Shown here one piece after another: positions 26,819 through 41,165 of a stretch of 64,000 nt of DNA. The notes under the pieces are model-generated. The model was not told the origin of the DNA. It was given only the letters and a program-made list of their open reading frames with translations, and did not search any database. Origin of the DNA: Chrysomallon squamiferum. Lineage: Eukaryota > Animalia > Mollusca. Location of the stretch: NCBI GenBank assembly GCA_012295275.1, contig CM022668.1, positions 14,570,001 through 14,634,000 of the forward strand. Reading direction: 5' to 3'. The position numbers were made by a program, and so were the translations under genes. Positions within the stretch are counted from its first letter, which is position 1. Every line of letters begins with the position of its first letter.

Positions 26819-29798
26819 TTATTTTGTGTGTGAGTCTGAGTGTGTATGTGTGTTGGAATGTTTAAAAATTTAATACAACAATTTCAAGTAATATATTTGT
26901 TGAAATACAAACATATCCAGTAATATCTAACAATCTTGTACTTCAAACTTATTCTTCAGAACAAAACACGTTTCAGTATCCAAGTTACTAAATTACTCAT
27001 GTATTTCTAAAACAGAGGGTGGCGTTCCACCATAATAAAAAGTCCATGTTAAATGTTCTGTATGTCATACTATATGTGGTTTGTACACATGTTTGTCTGT
27101 ATGTATGCATGTTTGAAGAAATACACAGATCTAATACTGCTGTGATAAAATAACATGTTTATTACATCATTACCTTAGTTTAAAATTCAAAGTATTTATA
27201 TCTGTTATGTCTTGTTTGCTTGTTGTTATTTTCTTTAAACATTATAGATGATCAGGCAGTTCATAAAACTGTTAACCGATAAACGAAAGTGAGTCATCAG
27301 AAATACGAGTTTTCGGGGAAATACGTTTTTTCCCAGGAACGCAGCTGTTTGATCAATACTTATATAAAGCACCAACGAGTACTGTATTTGTCGTCCAGAG
27401 GCTATCACAAAGTAATTCTTTGGTGAACAGCTCCAGGTGAATTCAGTTTTGGGATTTTATTGCCTTGGGAAAAAAAAAAGATATGGCTTCGGGTAAGATT
27501 TTAAAATCTAATTAAATAGTAAGAAATAAATTAATTAATTAATAAAAAGTAATTAGGATCAACAAAATACTTATGTTGATAAAAAGAGTTAGTGGAGATT
27601 GTTTACTTCTTTCTTAATTTTAAAATTTATTTTTTATTTTTATTATATATATAAAGCTCATAATGAAACATTTGACAATTCATATATGAAATCTTTTTTC
27701 TCTTTTTCTTTCTCTTAGTGTTAAATGTTAATTCTATGTACACGGCAAACGCTTCATGCGCGTCCGTGAAATTGATAGGAATCCTCTTTATACGAGAAAC
27801 GCCATGGATGCTTTAAACTACATAAAAAATAAATTATGAATTAATTTATGCGAAATTGTATTTTTTTAGTTAGTCAAAACTTCTAATAATAAAATGCAAG
27901 AAACCTTTCCAAAGATGTACATTTGTTTCAGTATTTACTTATCACTGCTCGATAGAAACTCGTCTTTTTCTGCTCTTAAACGCGATCCACTGCGAAAGGT
28001 GAAAAGCTCAGTAATTTGGCATTAATGAATGTAGAATAGTCTGTGCTCTGGAAATTATATTTTAACAATATTCTCGATCAGTCTGCTGAAAGATTAACCA
28101 GAATAATATTTACGTTCCTAGATACATATGTAGGCCTCTGTATCGTTTTAATTAACAACACAGTAACGGTATTTTGGAGTTGCTTTTCTTTATGCTAATT
28201 ACAGATGCTCTGATAAGATGATATTATTCTCGTTATTACTCCATTAATTAATTAATTTGTAATATGATTGCAATAAATTGGACGAAACGAGAGTGTAAAA
28301 TTCGGGATAGGGGCTTTGGCGAGTGTCAACAGGCAAAAAGAAAGCTCGAAGGCTAAGGGCCGTACATTGGGTTAATATCTTACCAACCCTTCTCTCATGC
28401 AACGACGAGTACTGTGCTGTATTTGTCGTCAAGCGGCTATCAGAAATTAATTCTGTAGTGAGCAATCTTAATCGAATTCAGTTTTGGGATTTTGTTAACT
28501 CGCGGTAAAGACAAAATATGGCTTTGTGAAAAATGGTTGAAATTCAATAAAATTGTAACAAACAAATTTATCAATCAATTAGTTAATTAAAAATAAATAG
28601 ATCAGGAAGTATATTCATAGAATAATATATTAGATAAACAGATATTTGCAAGAGGACACGTTATCAAATGTCACTGCATTTATAAACAACTATTTATTTA
28701 TTGTTGCTTTTAAAAGGGTTAGGCAGCACACTTCTGTCACTGAGATAAAATGTATTTCTCCGAACACTGCTTTTTGGTGCTAGGAAAGTGACAAAGTAGC
28801 TGTTGATATTCACTTTGAGGACACCTCAAGTCCAAACCCTGTAAAACTAATTAAGGAGAAATACAAAATTAGTTTCTGGTAGCCCGTTGACGACAAATAC
28901 AACACAGTAACATCCATTGCGCTGCCCTTTTACCACGAAATTATACAATATTATATTATGACATACACTCGGTATCTGCTATTAATGCAGTTAGATTTTG
29001 TGTGTGAGGGACAGGGCGATCTATTTTATTAGTACTTTAGTTTTTTTATTTAATTTTTCTGTTTGTCTATCTTGCGCCCACAGGGAGCAAGTGAGCGCGG
29101 AGGAACACACGCACAGACAAACAAACAAGCACACACAGACACAACCACACACACACACACAAACAAACACACCCGAACATACATATAAACAAACGTAATG
29201 CATCCCCTTTGTCATATTCTTTGTACTAACACGCTGTTTCTGAGAAATGCTGTGACCTCATGAATAGTAATGACTTGCCAACCGCTGTACTGAACAACAA
29301 AGATCAGTTTGTAGCATCTGTCGTCAAGGAGACATGATAAACTATTTTTGTCCTGTATTGAAATTCGTAACTAAATTGATAACGCTGTGTAAAATATATA
29401 GATTCAACAAGACGTTTCAAATTTAATTAAATTGTAAGAAATAATACAAAAAAAATATTAATAATAATATTTTAATGAAAATATGCAAATTCAACTAATG
29501 GAGTTTCCTTTCTTCTCCTGTGTTTGTGTAAGGTTTTAAATTTATTCTTTACCAATATTTCATACTGAAATATTTCGCATCATTTAAATGACAAAAAATT
29601 ATCACTTGAATTTTATTTGTGTTTTTTTATAAACTAAAATTACTTTAGGATCTCGTCACTGCATTTATAAACAATTAAACAAAATATTCAGGTCTCATGT
29701 AAGAGTCAAACATAAACACGAGTTTCTTCTTATAATTTTCAGCGGATTGGCTTCATCATTGTTTTGTTTTGTTTTGTTTTATTTTATTTTATTTTATT

Positions 29799-29833
<35 letters not shown>

Positions 29834-30839
29834 TTATTATTATCACTATTATATTTATTTTTTATTTCCTTGATATATTAGGTTTAATATATCAGTATTT
29901 ACTAATATGTTTCTTAAACAAAACTCATGCAACAGCATGTACCTATTTTGTATTTCAAAATATATATTCAGAATTACATCCATTTTAGTTTGTAACTAAA
30001 TTTCTAATCTATTATAGAAAAAAGTTATCATTTCTGTGTAACTAAATTACTGGTGTATTCTTCAAACATAGAAAGTTCTTTTCTATCTGACTAAAATATC
30101 GATTTTTGAAAGAAAGAGTGTTGTTTCTAAATATTTAAACCGTGTTGTGTTTTATTTATGGTTTCTATGAATATGAGTGTGCGCGTGTGTGTTCGTATGT
30201 GTTTTTGCTTGCTGCATGGTTGAAGAAACATACAGATCTAAGGTTTACTCAATATAACCCTCTTTGATATGAGAGACGCTAAGGGGGCGTTAATCTGTAT
30301 ATAAAAAAGAAATCATCATGGGCCACTGTATGCGACATGTTGACGAACAGTCGGGATTGAACGAGCGGGGTCACCACTAATCTGAATTTTTCAGCTGGTC
30401 AAGACTATTAGAAATCATATGCAGGAAACTTTTTCAATCATGTACATTAGCTTACATATTTACTTGTCAATTCTCGATACTTCTGTAGAGAAGTCTTTTT
30501 CTACACTTAAACGTATTAAGAATTACCTGTGCTCAACTCTGAAAGATGAAAAGCTTAGTAATTTTGCACTAATGACTGTAGAATCGTTCGTACCTCGGAA
30601 ATGTTAACAATATTTTGAATCAGCTTACTGAAATATAAAGTAGAAAGCACTTCATGTACCTAGATCCTATTTAGGCATATATGTGTTTGATTTTACAGTG
30701 CAGTACAGGTATTTGTACTATTGCTTTGCTTCATTCTAATTAAAGGTTGTCTGATAAGATGATATTGTTTTCTCTGTTACTCTATTAATTACTTGATTTG
30801 TGATATTATTGTTATGCATTGTACGAAAGCAGAGCTTGC

Positions 30840-30913
<74 letters not shown>

Positions 30914-33900
30914 GTGAGTTGTGAATAATATGTAGAAGTCAAATGCTCCACGCGCTTCACTGAAATTAGTTTCTTGAAATCTTCTTTGACACGAAATAAG
31001 CTATGGATCCGTTTAACTATATCAAAAAATAAATTGTGGGTAAATTCTTATATGAACTTTTGACGCACTATCACAGATGGACCGAACGACTGAGGGTCAC
31101 CTCCCAATCTTAATATTTCTGTTGGTTAAAACTGTCAAAATTGAAACACAAGAAACTTTTCCAAACATTGACATTTATTTACGTATTTACTTGTCAGTTT
31201 TCGTCACAAAATGTTCTGGAGGGAGATCTTTTTCTCCTCTTAAATGAGATCCACACTGAAATATGAGAAACTCAGTAATTTCTCATTAATCCATGTAGAA
31301 TCGTTTGCTTTATTTTCTTTATACTTAGATACCTATGTGGTCATATCTGTATTTACTTTTACAGTACAGTACCGGCGTTTGATATTGCTTTACTTCATGC
31401 TAATTAAAGGTAGTCTCAAAATATATTATATCCCCAAAACTGACTATAATGAAGCCTAGTGTCGACCAATATTTATGCTACGCAAATGTCAAACTCTGCA
31501 TTCACTTCACTGAAATTAATTCATAGGAATCCTCTTTGATAGAGAGACACTAATGGTAATAAGCTGCATAAAATTGTCGGTAGTTTTATATGAACTTCTG
31601 ACGTACTAACATCTATGGGCAGAAAGTCATAGGGTCACTTCCCAATCTTAATTTTTCTGTCAAAAACTTGTCAAAAAAGAAACGCAAGAAACTTTTCTAA
31701 AGATGTACATTTCTTTACGTAATTTACTTGTCGCTTCTCATCACAAAGTCTTCTGGACAGGTCTTTTCCTACACTTAATCGTGTTAAGAATTACCTGTAT
31801 CCACTCTGAAAGATGAAAAGCTCAGTAATTTGAGAGGGTGAAATTTGAGGTGAAATTCGAGGGAACGGGAGACAGGTGTTTTCCTACACTTAATCGTGTT
31901 AAGAATTACCTCTGATCCACTTTGAAAGAAAAGAAGCTCAGTAATTTGAGAGGGTGAAATTCGAGGGGACGGGAGACAGGTGATGTCAAGTGTATATTCC
32001 CAGCCTTTATCTCAAGCAACAGCCGGTACTGTCTTGTATTTGTCGTCAGGCGGCTTTCGCAAACTAAGTCTGAGGTGAACAGTCTTAACTGAATTCAGTT
32101 TTGGGATTTGATTAACTTTTGGGGGAAAACACCCGAAAATATGGCTTCGGATAAGACGTTTTAAGCATAATAAAATTGTAAAAAATAAATTAATTAATTA
32201 ATAAAAAGTAATTTCAGCATCTAGGAAATACTTGAAGTTGAGAGAAAGGGTATTAGAAGAGTTTGTTTTCTTCATTCTTAATTTTGAGATTTAGCTTTTA
32301 TGCAAAGCTCCTAATGAAACATTTCACAACATTTAAATGACAAAATTTATCACTTGAATATCATTTGTCTTTTCCTATCAATAAAAATATATATATTATG
32401 TGATTGATCAATATAAAGGACTTTCTCGGACATACTCTCATTTCACACTGTAAATGCATATAGATGATTTCAGATTGATTGATGGGTAGACAGAGAAATA
32501 GAGGAACAGACAAGTAATCCAGTTATAAAGAAATTAACTCTTGGAGAGAAAAAAATCACTATTTGTGTTAGTAGTACTTTACCTTAATTATTTTTAAAAT
32601 TCTGTATTTGGTGTGTCCCGACAGAAAATATGAACACCACGACTTTGTCACTGAAAGGCAGTTTTCAGAGAAATATAAATTTATTTATTTATTTTGATTT
32701 TATTTTGATTATTTACTTTTCCATTAAATTTGTATTCACTTTTAATATATATATATATACTTCTAAAAATATTTATTTACAAATATATATACACAAATAA
32801 ACATTGTAGTAGAATATAAATATTTTGTCTTTCCGAATTAATATTCTGAATTACACACGTTTTAATTTGTAACATAATCAGAAATCTAGTTTAGAATAGG
32901 GAGCATTCATGTCTGTGAATGTTAATTACTGATGTACTTTTCAAAGAGAGGTAGTTCGTGTCTATGTAACTAAAATACTGACTGCTTTTTCAAAGAAAGT
33001 GGGTTGTTCCTATATATTTAAACTATGTTGAGTTTTATTTATACTCTACGTGGTTTCAATGAATCTGTGGGTGCGTCTGTATGTTCGAATGTGTTTCTGT
33101 CGGCTGCATGGTTGAAAAAACGTATAAATCTGAGCTTCGTATAACATAAAACGCTTGGTCCATGCTATCATAAAATATCAAATAGAAACAGACTAATTAC
33201 ATTACGTTCAAAACAAATGAGTCGATCCGAGAAGCAAAAAATAATACTTAATAAAACTATATAGGAAACTTGTGCCTCATTATCACTAAGGCTGACTAGG
33301 CTTTTTTCTTTTAGTGTCAAATGTTAATACCGTGGACATGTCAAACTGTCCATGTACATCATTGAAATTAATTTATTGGAATCCTATTTTATACGAGAGA
33401 TGCTAAGGGTACTCTAAACTACATAAAAAAGAAATTATACAAATATCTATGTGAAATTTTGCGCACAGTCAGTACCTAGGTCGAAGGGGTGGTCACTCCC
33501 CAAATCTTAATTTTTCTGTTGGTCATAACTGTTAAAAATAAAAAACAGGAAACTTTTCCCAACATGTACATTTGTTTACATTCATCCGTGCTCTGGAAAT
33601 TAAATGTTAACAATATTCTGGATCAGTTTGTAGAAAGATTAACGAGAAAAATTACTAACTAACTAGATACCTATTTAGGCACGTGTTTGATTTTACAGTA
33701 GATTACCGTTATTTTGTTATTACTTTGCTTCGTGCTAATTAAAGGTTGTCTGAAAATATGATATTATTTTCTTTGTTACTCCATCAATTACTTCAGTTGT
33801 AATATTATTACAATAAATTGTACGAAAGGAGAGTGGGAAAGGAGAGGGGAGCTGTGTTGGGGCTGTCGATGAGCCCAAATAATCTCGAAGCCTAGCGGCA

Positions 33901-34749
33901 CTACCTTGTGTTAATACAGCACTTTATCCAGCCAACCCTTATCTGTATTTGTCGTCTAGCGGCTAGCAAAAATTAATTCTGCAGCTGACAGTCCTAACTG
34001 AATTCAATTTTGCTATTTTATTAACTTGGAGAAAAGACCTATTATTGGTTCGAGCAAATTTAATTAAATTGTAATAAATTAAGTAAACAGTTAATTAATA
34101 AAAAAATAATTTAGCATGACGAAAATACTCGAAGTTCATAAAAAGTGTATTAGTGGAGTTTGTTTTCTTCTCTCTTAATTTTCAAAATGACGTTTTATAG
34201 AGAGAACATAATGAAACATTTCACAACAATTAAAATATCTCTAGTATGTGGATTGATCAATATAAACGAGTATTTTGGAGATACTTTCATTACAGAATGT
34301 ATATGAATGTAGATGATTTCAGGTAGATAGATGGTAGACACAGAAACAGAGGGACTGACACACAAACAGGTTAATCGAGTTAAGAAACAATTAATATCAA
34401 TAGTTGTATTAGTAGTACTTTTCTTAATTATTTTTGAAACTTTGAATTTGGGGTGTCCCGACAGAAAATATAAACTCTATGACTTTGTCACTAAAAAGAA
34501 ATGTTCGGAGAAATATATTTTTCCTCATGAAAAGAAGTGTCATGCCTAACCTTTTATAAAGCAACAATAAGTAAACGATATACCAGAATAATATATCAGG
34601 TGTTTGCATGTGGACACGTTATTAAATGTTACATATCAGTGCGTTTCTTAAGAACTAAACAGTATGTTAATTCTATTTATACACGGTGTATTGTCACTGA
34701 GATGTCACATAAAGGTCAAATACAAAGACGAGGGCCTTCTTTTACTTCT

Positions 34750-34807
34750 AACGTGCTTCAAAACAGCTTGCTCTGATTAGCACGTTAATTTTGTTTAACG
34801 TTCGAGG
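34750..34807 (+). mobile_element. shorter copy of the same retroposon 3' end with 9-bp TSD
   Basis: TTTACTTCT at 34741-34749 and 34808-34816 flanks AACGTGCTTCAAAACAGCTTGCTCTGATTAGCACGTTAATTTT. Confidence 0.65.
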
Positions 34808-35010
34808 TTTACTTCTTGGAGGTAATTTCTTCACGTTCATAATGACATTGCAGATTTGTATGACGATTGTTTCAGTTATTTTATTTTATTTTATTTTATT
34901 TTATTTATTTTATTTTATTTTATTCCTTTTATTTATTGACTTAATTTATTTTATTTTTATTATTTATTTTTTAATTATTTAAAATTTGTATTTACTTATT
35001 TATTTATTTG

Positions 35011-35063
<53 letters not shown>

Positions 35064-35088
35064 CAGTATATATATAATAAACATAGCA

Positions 35089-35121
<33 letters not shown>

Positions 35122-35342
35122 CTTCTTATTTGCGCTGCTATGTTTTAGAGTTAAACACAGCAATATTAACGAATAAGTCTTTCCAAATAAAAATCATGCA
35201 GTAGTATGTAGTGATGTTGTCATCCACAACTAATTCTAGGAATTACACACGTTTTAATTTGTGACTAAATCACTAATCTAATTCATAGGAAACACGAAAG
35301 AAACTAAATTTTATAAAAAAGAAATTATACAAAGATTTATGT

Positions 35343-35452
35343 CTGCGACGGACACGCCCGCTGACCTGTCAGAAAGTGTGCCCGTCGTAGACGTGCTTCC
35401 CAAGAGCTAGCTCTGATTAGCACGTTAATGTTTTTCATTCATTCATTCATTC
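35343..35452 (+). mobile_element. third copy of the retroposon 3' end with (ATTC)n tail and 11-bp TSD
   Basis: AAGATTTATGT at 35332-35342 and 35453-35463; insert ends TTCATTCATTCATTCATTC. Confidence 0.78.
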
Positions 35453-36804
35453 AAGATTTATGTTACTTTTGACGCACAGTCATGGATGGGCCGAAAATGT
35501 TGGAGACATCCCCCAGTCTCAGTTTTTCATTGGTCATAATTATTAAAAATGGAATATAGGAAACTTTTTGTTTACTTATTTACTTCTCACTTCTCAATAC
35601 AAACTGTTAAGGAGCAAGGTCTTCTTCTGCTCCTAAACGTGGTCCAGAATGAAATGTGAGAGGCTCAGTAATTTGGCATCGATCCAGGTAGACTCGTCTG
35701 TGCTCTGGAAATTAAATGTTAACAATATTCTGGATCAGTCTGTAGAAAGATTAACGAGAAAAATTACTAACTACGTAGATACCTATTTAAGCGTATATAT
35801 GTTTGAGTTTACAGTAGATTCCCCATATTTTTAGTATTATTTTCGTTCATGCTAATTAAAAGTTATTTTCTTTGTTACTTGATTTATTATTCCATTTCTA
35901 ATATTATTGCATTAAATTGAACGAAATGACAGCAGGAAATTCTCTGGAAGGCGCGTTGTGGGGGTGTCGATAGGCCGACAGAATGTCGAAGTTAAAAGCA
36001 CTAGCACGTGTTAATACAGCACTGCACCTTGCAACCCTTATCTCAAGCAACAACCAGTACTGTTTTGTAAATGACAGAATTTTTCGTTTGAATATTATTT
36101 GGCTTTTCCTATGAATAAAAGCATCTCTTTTATGTGATAGATCAATCTAGATTATTTTTTCGTCATAGAATCATTACACACTGTAAATGTATATAGATGA
36201 TTTCATATAGACTGAAGGGTAGACAGAGAAATAGAGGGACAGACACACAGACAAAATAATTCACTTATAAATAAATAAACTCTTGGAAAAAAAAAAAAAC
36301 CATTCTGTACTTGGGGTGTCCCCATATAAAATATGAATACCACGACATCGTCACTAAAAGGAAGTTTTCGGAGAAATATATTTTTCTTCAGGCACAGAAA
36401 TGTCTTGCCAAACGTTTTATAAAGCAACAATAAGTAAGCTCTGTACAGAGAATAATATATCAGACCTTTGCATGTTGAAACGTTATCAAATGTTACGTAT
36501 CAGTGCATTTATAAAGAATTAAACAAAATATTAATTCCATTTATACACGGTGTATTGTCATTGATGTCTCATGTATCAGTAAAATATGAAGACAAGTTTG
36601 TTATTTTACTTCTTGGAGGTGATAGGTTCACGTTGATAATGACATTTCATAATGTTTTGACTTAGTTTTCCGCAGATTTGCATGACGATTGCTTTTGTTA
36701 TTATATTATATTATATTACATTATATTATACTATATTATATTATATTATTATTTTATTTTTAATCGTACTATTTTTTATTTTTTTTATTTTTGATTTTGA
36801 TTGA

Positions 36805-36839
<35 letters not shown>

Positions 36840-39741
36840 TCCCCCCACTGGATTATTTAACAGTTTTCTACAGCCATATGAATTAATATGTTCGTTCGAG
36901 TAAGAATCATGCAGTCGTAGTATGTTATTTTATTCTTTCAAAATTAGTATTCAGAATTATACACATTTTAATAATTTGTGACTAAATCACTAATCGATTT
37001 TAGAAGAAAAGGTAGCATCCATTTTCTGTAACTGAATTATTGATGTATTTTTCAAACAGATGTAATTCGTTTCTGTGTAATCAAAATACTGTTTGATTTT
37101 TGAAAGAAAGGTCCTGTATTTCTATACATTTAAAATATGCTGTCTTTTGTTTATACTCTATGTGGTTTGTATGAATCTGTCTGTACGTCTGTGTGTAGTT
37201 GTATGTGCTTCCGTCTGCTGCGTGGTTGAAGAAACGTATTATTATTATTGTTATAATCATTACTATTATTATTATTATTTGTGTGTGTGTGTGTGTTTTA
37301 CAGGTTAATACCACAATTTCAAGTAAAACAATTGCAGTTATATCTAATAATCGTATTCTTCAGAATTAGACACGTTTCAATTTCTATAGAACTAAATTAC
37401 TCATGTATTTATGAAACAGAGAGAGTTCAGCCATTACAAAACCGTCCATGTTAAATATGTTGTATTCTATACTATATGGTTTGTACGCATGCTTGTCTGT
37501 ATGTATGCATGTTTGAAGAAATATACAGATCTAATACAACCATCATAAAATAGCATGTTTATTACATCATTACTTTAGTTTAAAACCTGTGATGTACACA
37601 CGAATTCAAAGTATTAATATCTGTTATGTCACACTCTGTTTGCTCGTTGTAATTTATTTATGTATGATATGTGATCAGATAGTTAATAAAACTGTTAACC
37701 AGTAAAGGAAAGTGAGTCATCATAAGTACCTATTTTCGTGGAAATACGTTTTCCTCATGAACAGACCTGTTTTGTCAACCTTTATATAAAGCACGAACGA
37801 GTACTGTGTTGTATTTGTCATCAAGCAGTTATCACAAACTAATTTAGGATTTTGTTGACTTTGGGGTAAAGATAAGATATGGCTTCGGGTAAGACATTTT
37901 AAATTTAATTAAACTGTATGAAATTAATTAATTGATTAATTAATAAAACGTAATTTAGCATCAACAAAATACTTAAGTTGATAAAAAGAGTATTAGAGGA
38001 GATTGTTTATTTTTGTCTTAATTTTGAATTTTATTTTCATTTTTATTTACATATATATCCATAGAAAGCTTATAATGAACATTTGAAAATACATATATGA
38101 AACCTTTTTTCTCTTTTTCTTTCTTTTAGTGTTAAATGTTGATACTATATATATATGGTAAAGGTTTCATGCGTGTCACTGAAATTAATTTATAGGAATC
38201 CTCTTTGATACAACAGAGGCTTAGCACGCGCTAAACTATGAAAAAATATGTTGTTTTTTTACTTAGTCAAAACCTTTAATTACAAAATGCAAGAAACTTT
38301 TCCAAACTTGTACATTTGTTTAAGTATTTACTTATCACTGCTCGATACAAACTCGTCTTTTTATGCTCTGAAACGCGATCCATTGCGAAAGATGAAAAGT
38401 TCAGTAATTTGTTATTAATGAATGTAGAATAGTTTTATTCTGGAAATTATATTTTAACAATATTCTGGATCATTCTGCTGAAAGATTAACCAGAAAAATG
38501 TTTACGTTCCTAGGTATGAACGGGCTAAAGAAAGCTCGAAGGCTAAGGACACTAGCACGGTTTAATACCGCACTGTATCTGACCAGTCCTTATCTTACTC
38601 AACGACGAGTACTGTGCTGTTGTCAAGCGGCTGTCAAAAATTAATTGTGCAACTATCAGTCCTAACCGAATTCAATTTTGTGATTTTATTAACTTGGGGA
38701 AAAGAAGAAATATGCCTTCGGATAAGGCGTTTTAAGTTTAATTAAATTGTAATAAATAAATTTGTCAATCAATTAATTGATATAAAAATTTATTTAGTAA
38801 GTATATTCATAGAATAATATATTAGGTAAACAGATAGTTCCTTACAGAGGACACGTTATCTAATGTCACTGCATTGATAAAGTTTAAACAAAATTTTAAA
38901 TTTATTCTATATTAAAGGTCTCAGTGACAGAAAAACATAAATACGAGTTTGTAACTGTAATTTTCACAACACAATTTAACACTTAAATAACAAAATATAT
39001 GAACAAGTCTTTTTCACGCTCCTAGCACTGATAAATAGTTTTCGGAGAAATAGATTTCTCCTCAGGAACAGAAGTATCTTGCCAAACCTTTTAAAAACCA
39101 AAAATAATTAAACTGTATCGACACAGTGATATAGTAGATAAACAGATCTTTACATGTTGGCTGGCACGTGTCAAATGTCACAAACCGATATGTTTATAAA
39201 GAACTAAATAATGTCTTCACTCATCTTATGCACGCTGTATTTTGAGTCATCGCTCATAAAAGAAAAAGAAAGGCCGAATTTGTTCTTGTAATTTTAAAAT
39301 GAAACAAGTTTAAATTGATAATGACTTTTGATAATCTTTTGACCTAATTTTCTAGAGATTTGCATTACTATTAATTCGATTAAAACTGCTTTCATTTATT
39401 TATTAATTTGTATGTATTTTTTTTTTTGTATGTTTGTATTTTGTTTAATTGTTTATTTATTTATCTGTATATATTATTTATTCGTTTGTATGTTTGTTTG
39501 TATGTTCATTTATTTGTTTATTTTTGTTAGTTTAGTATTTATTTAATCATTTGTTTATTTTTGTTAGTTTATTTACTTATTTACAAATTTATTTATTTGT
39601 ATATATGTTTATTCATTTGTATCTTTGTTTATATGTTTGTTTATCTATTTATTTTATTTTATTCTATTTCGTTCCATTCCTTAATATGGATATAATAATA
39701 ATAATCATCATAATTATAATAATAATAAATAAATAAATAAA

Positions 39742-39777
<36 letters not shown>

Positions 39778-40476
39778 ATTACTTCTTGATTTAGATATCG
39801 GGAAGCTAGACTGAATGTTCGATAGATTGTAACAAGCTGTATTTGGGGATATACGTTTTCCTCAGGAACACAGATTTTTTGTCAACTCTTGTATAAAGCA
39901 ACAGAGAGTACTCTGCTGTATTTATCGTGAAACGGCTACCACAAACTAATAATGCGCTGAAAAGTTCTAACCGACTTCAGTTTTGAGATTTTATTAACGT
40001 TGCTTCGTGTAAGATGTTACAAATATTATTAAATTTTAATGAATAAATAAAGAAATAAAGAAATCAATTTAAAAAAGTAATAAAAGTAAAATCAGTAAAA
40101 GATATTTTAACATGATCAAAATCTCGCGAAGTTAACCAAATTTAACAGGTTTTTAATGTGTTTTCTTCTTTTATAGTTTTGAAACTTATTGGATAATGAT
40201 ATCTCAAATGAATGAATTCTTCATTTAATATTATTTTTCTTTAGTTATAAACTAAAATTACTCTGGAATCTCATCTTCATTAAAAAGGTTGATCCATACA
40301 AATTGCTTTTTGTGGACAATCATTATAGACTGGATATATTTATAGATATACACAGAGAAACAGGCGGATAGACAGTTAGAAAGATCACAATAATGATGAT
40401 AGTAATAATATTAACAGCAGTGAAAATATCAAAATAAGACTTCGTTTCTACACAGAGTGTATTTAATCTGTTTCAG

Positions 40477-41165
40477 ATTCCGACAGTGAAAGTGAACTGT
40501 GCATTGTCATGATTGGGATGGCTGCTTCAGGAAAAAGTGCGTCCGCTAATACCATCCTAGGAGAGAAACGTTTTCAGACTAAAGCTGGTACAAAAACCTG
40601 CCAGGCAGAACGCAAAACTCGATTTGGTCAGGACATTCTCATCGTTGATACACCAAGAGCATTTTCGACACCGGTCGTTCACAAGGAGAGATTACGGACG
40701 AAATCATCCAGAGTATAACGATGAGTGCTCCAGGACCACATGCTTTCATCATGGCTCTGCAGGCAAAGAGTTTCACATCAGAAGAGCAAAAAACAATTAA
40801 ATACTACGAGCAACTATTTGGACAAAAACTGTTTGATTACTTGTTCCTCCTGTTCACCAGAATTGACGATCTTGAAGAGGACGGAACAAATTTTGAAGAA
40901 TTTCTAGATGAGGCACCAGAAAACCTAAAAGAATTAATCGACAGATGTGGAGGAAGATATGTCGGATTTAACAATCGCGAAAAAGACGAGGAAACGAAAG
41001 AAAAAATGGTTCAGCAGCTGATCGACATGATCAAATCCAGAGAACATGGCGGTGAATATTATCAAGCAGAAGCACAAGAAAAAGAAGAACGGAAACGTGA
41101 AGAAGAATTATTGAAAAAGAAAGAAAAAGAAAAGAAGAAAATACAGGAAGAAAAAGGGAAAAAAG
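40477..41165 (+). pseudogene. GIMAP: GIMAP copy 2, frameshifted GTPase exon
   Basis: Acceptor ctgtttcag|ATTCC homologous to copies 1 and 3; G1 GMAASGKS. A +2 T expansion at 40662-40665 splits ORFs 40509-40718 and 40721-41173. G3 DTPG is changed to DTPR and there is a short deletion around G2. Ends at AAG|gtgagt. Confidence 0.85.

Larger units (their letters stand above)
13160..40400 (+). repeat. degenerate composite macrosatellite / nested segmental duplications built from shuffled modules, including hAT C-terminal relics
   Basis: The same modules recur in the same orientation: TTCGGAGAAATAC, GACACGTTATCAAATGTTAC, CACTGAAATTAATTTATAGGAATCCTC, GTATTTGTCGTCAAG and the hAT tail TTTACTTGTCACTTCTCG..(E)RSFS..KRIKNYL.STLKDEKLSNLAL. 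hAT tails at ~15080, 17800, 21370, 22450, 24735, 27935, 30460, 31190, 31725, 33570, 35580, 38330. Confidence 0.85.

Noticed and set aside
30419-30607. Functional hAT transposase or ZMYM1-like gene
   Set aside because: Only ~60 aa of the C-terminus, and all copies are broken by stops or indels.
34440-34570. Recurrent LGCPDRKY...EKYIFPQEQKCLAKPF module as a coding exon
   Set aside because: The frame is broken differently in most copies and I recognise no domain; treated as a repeat module.
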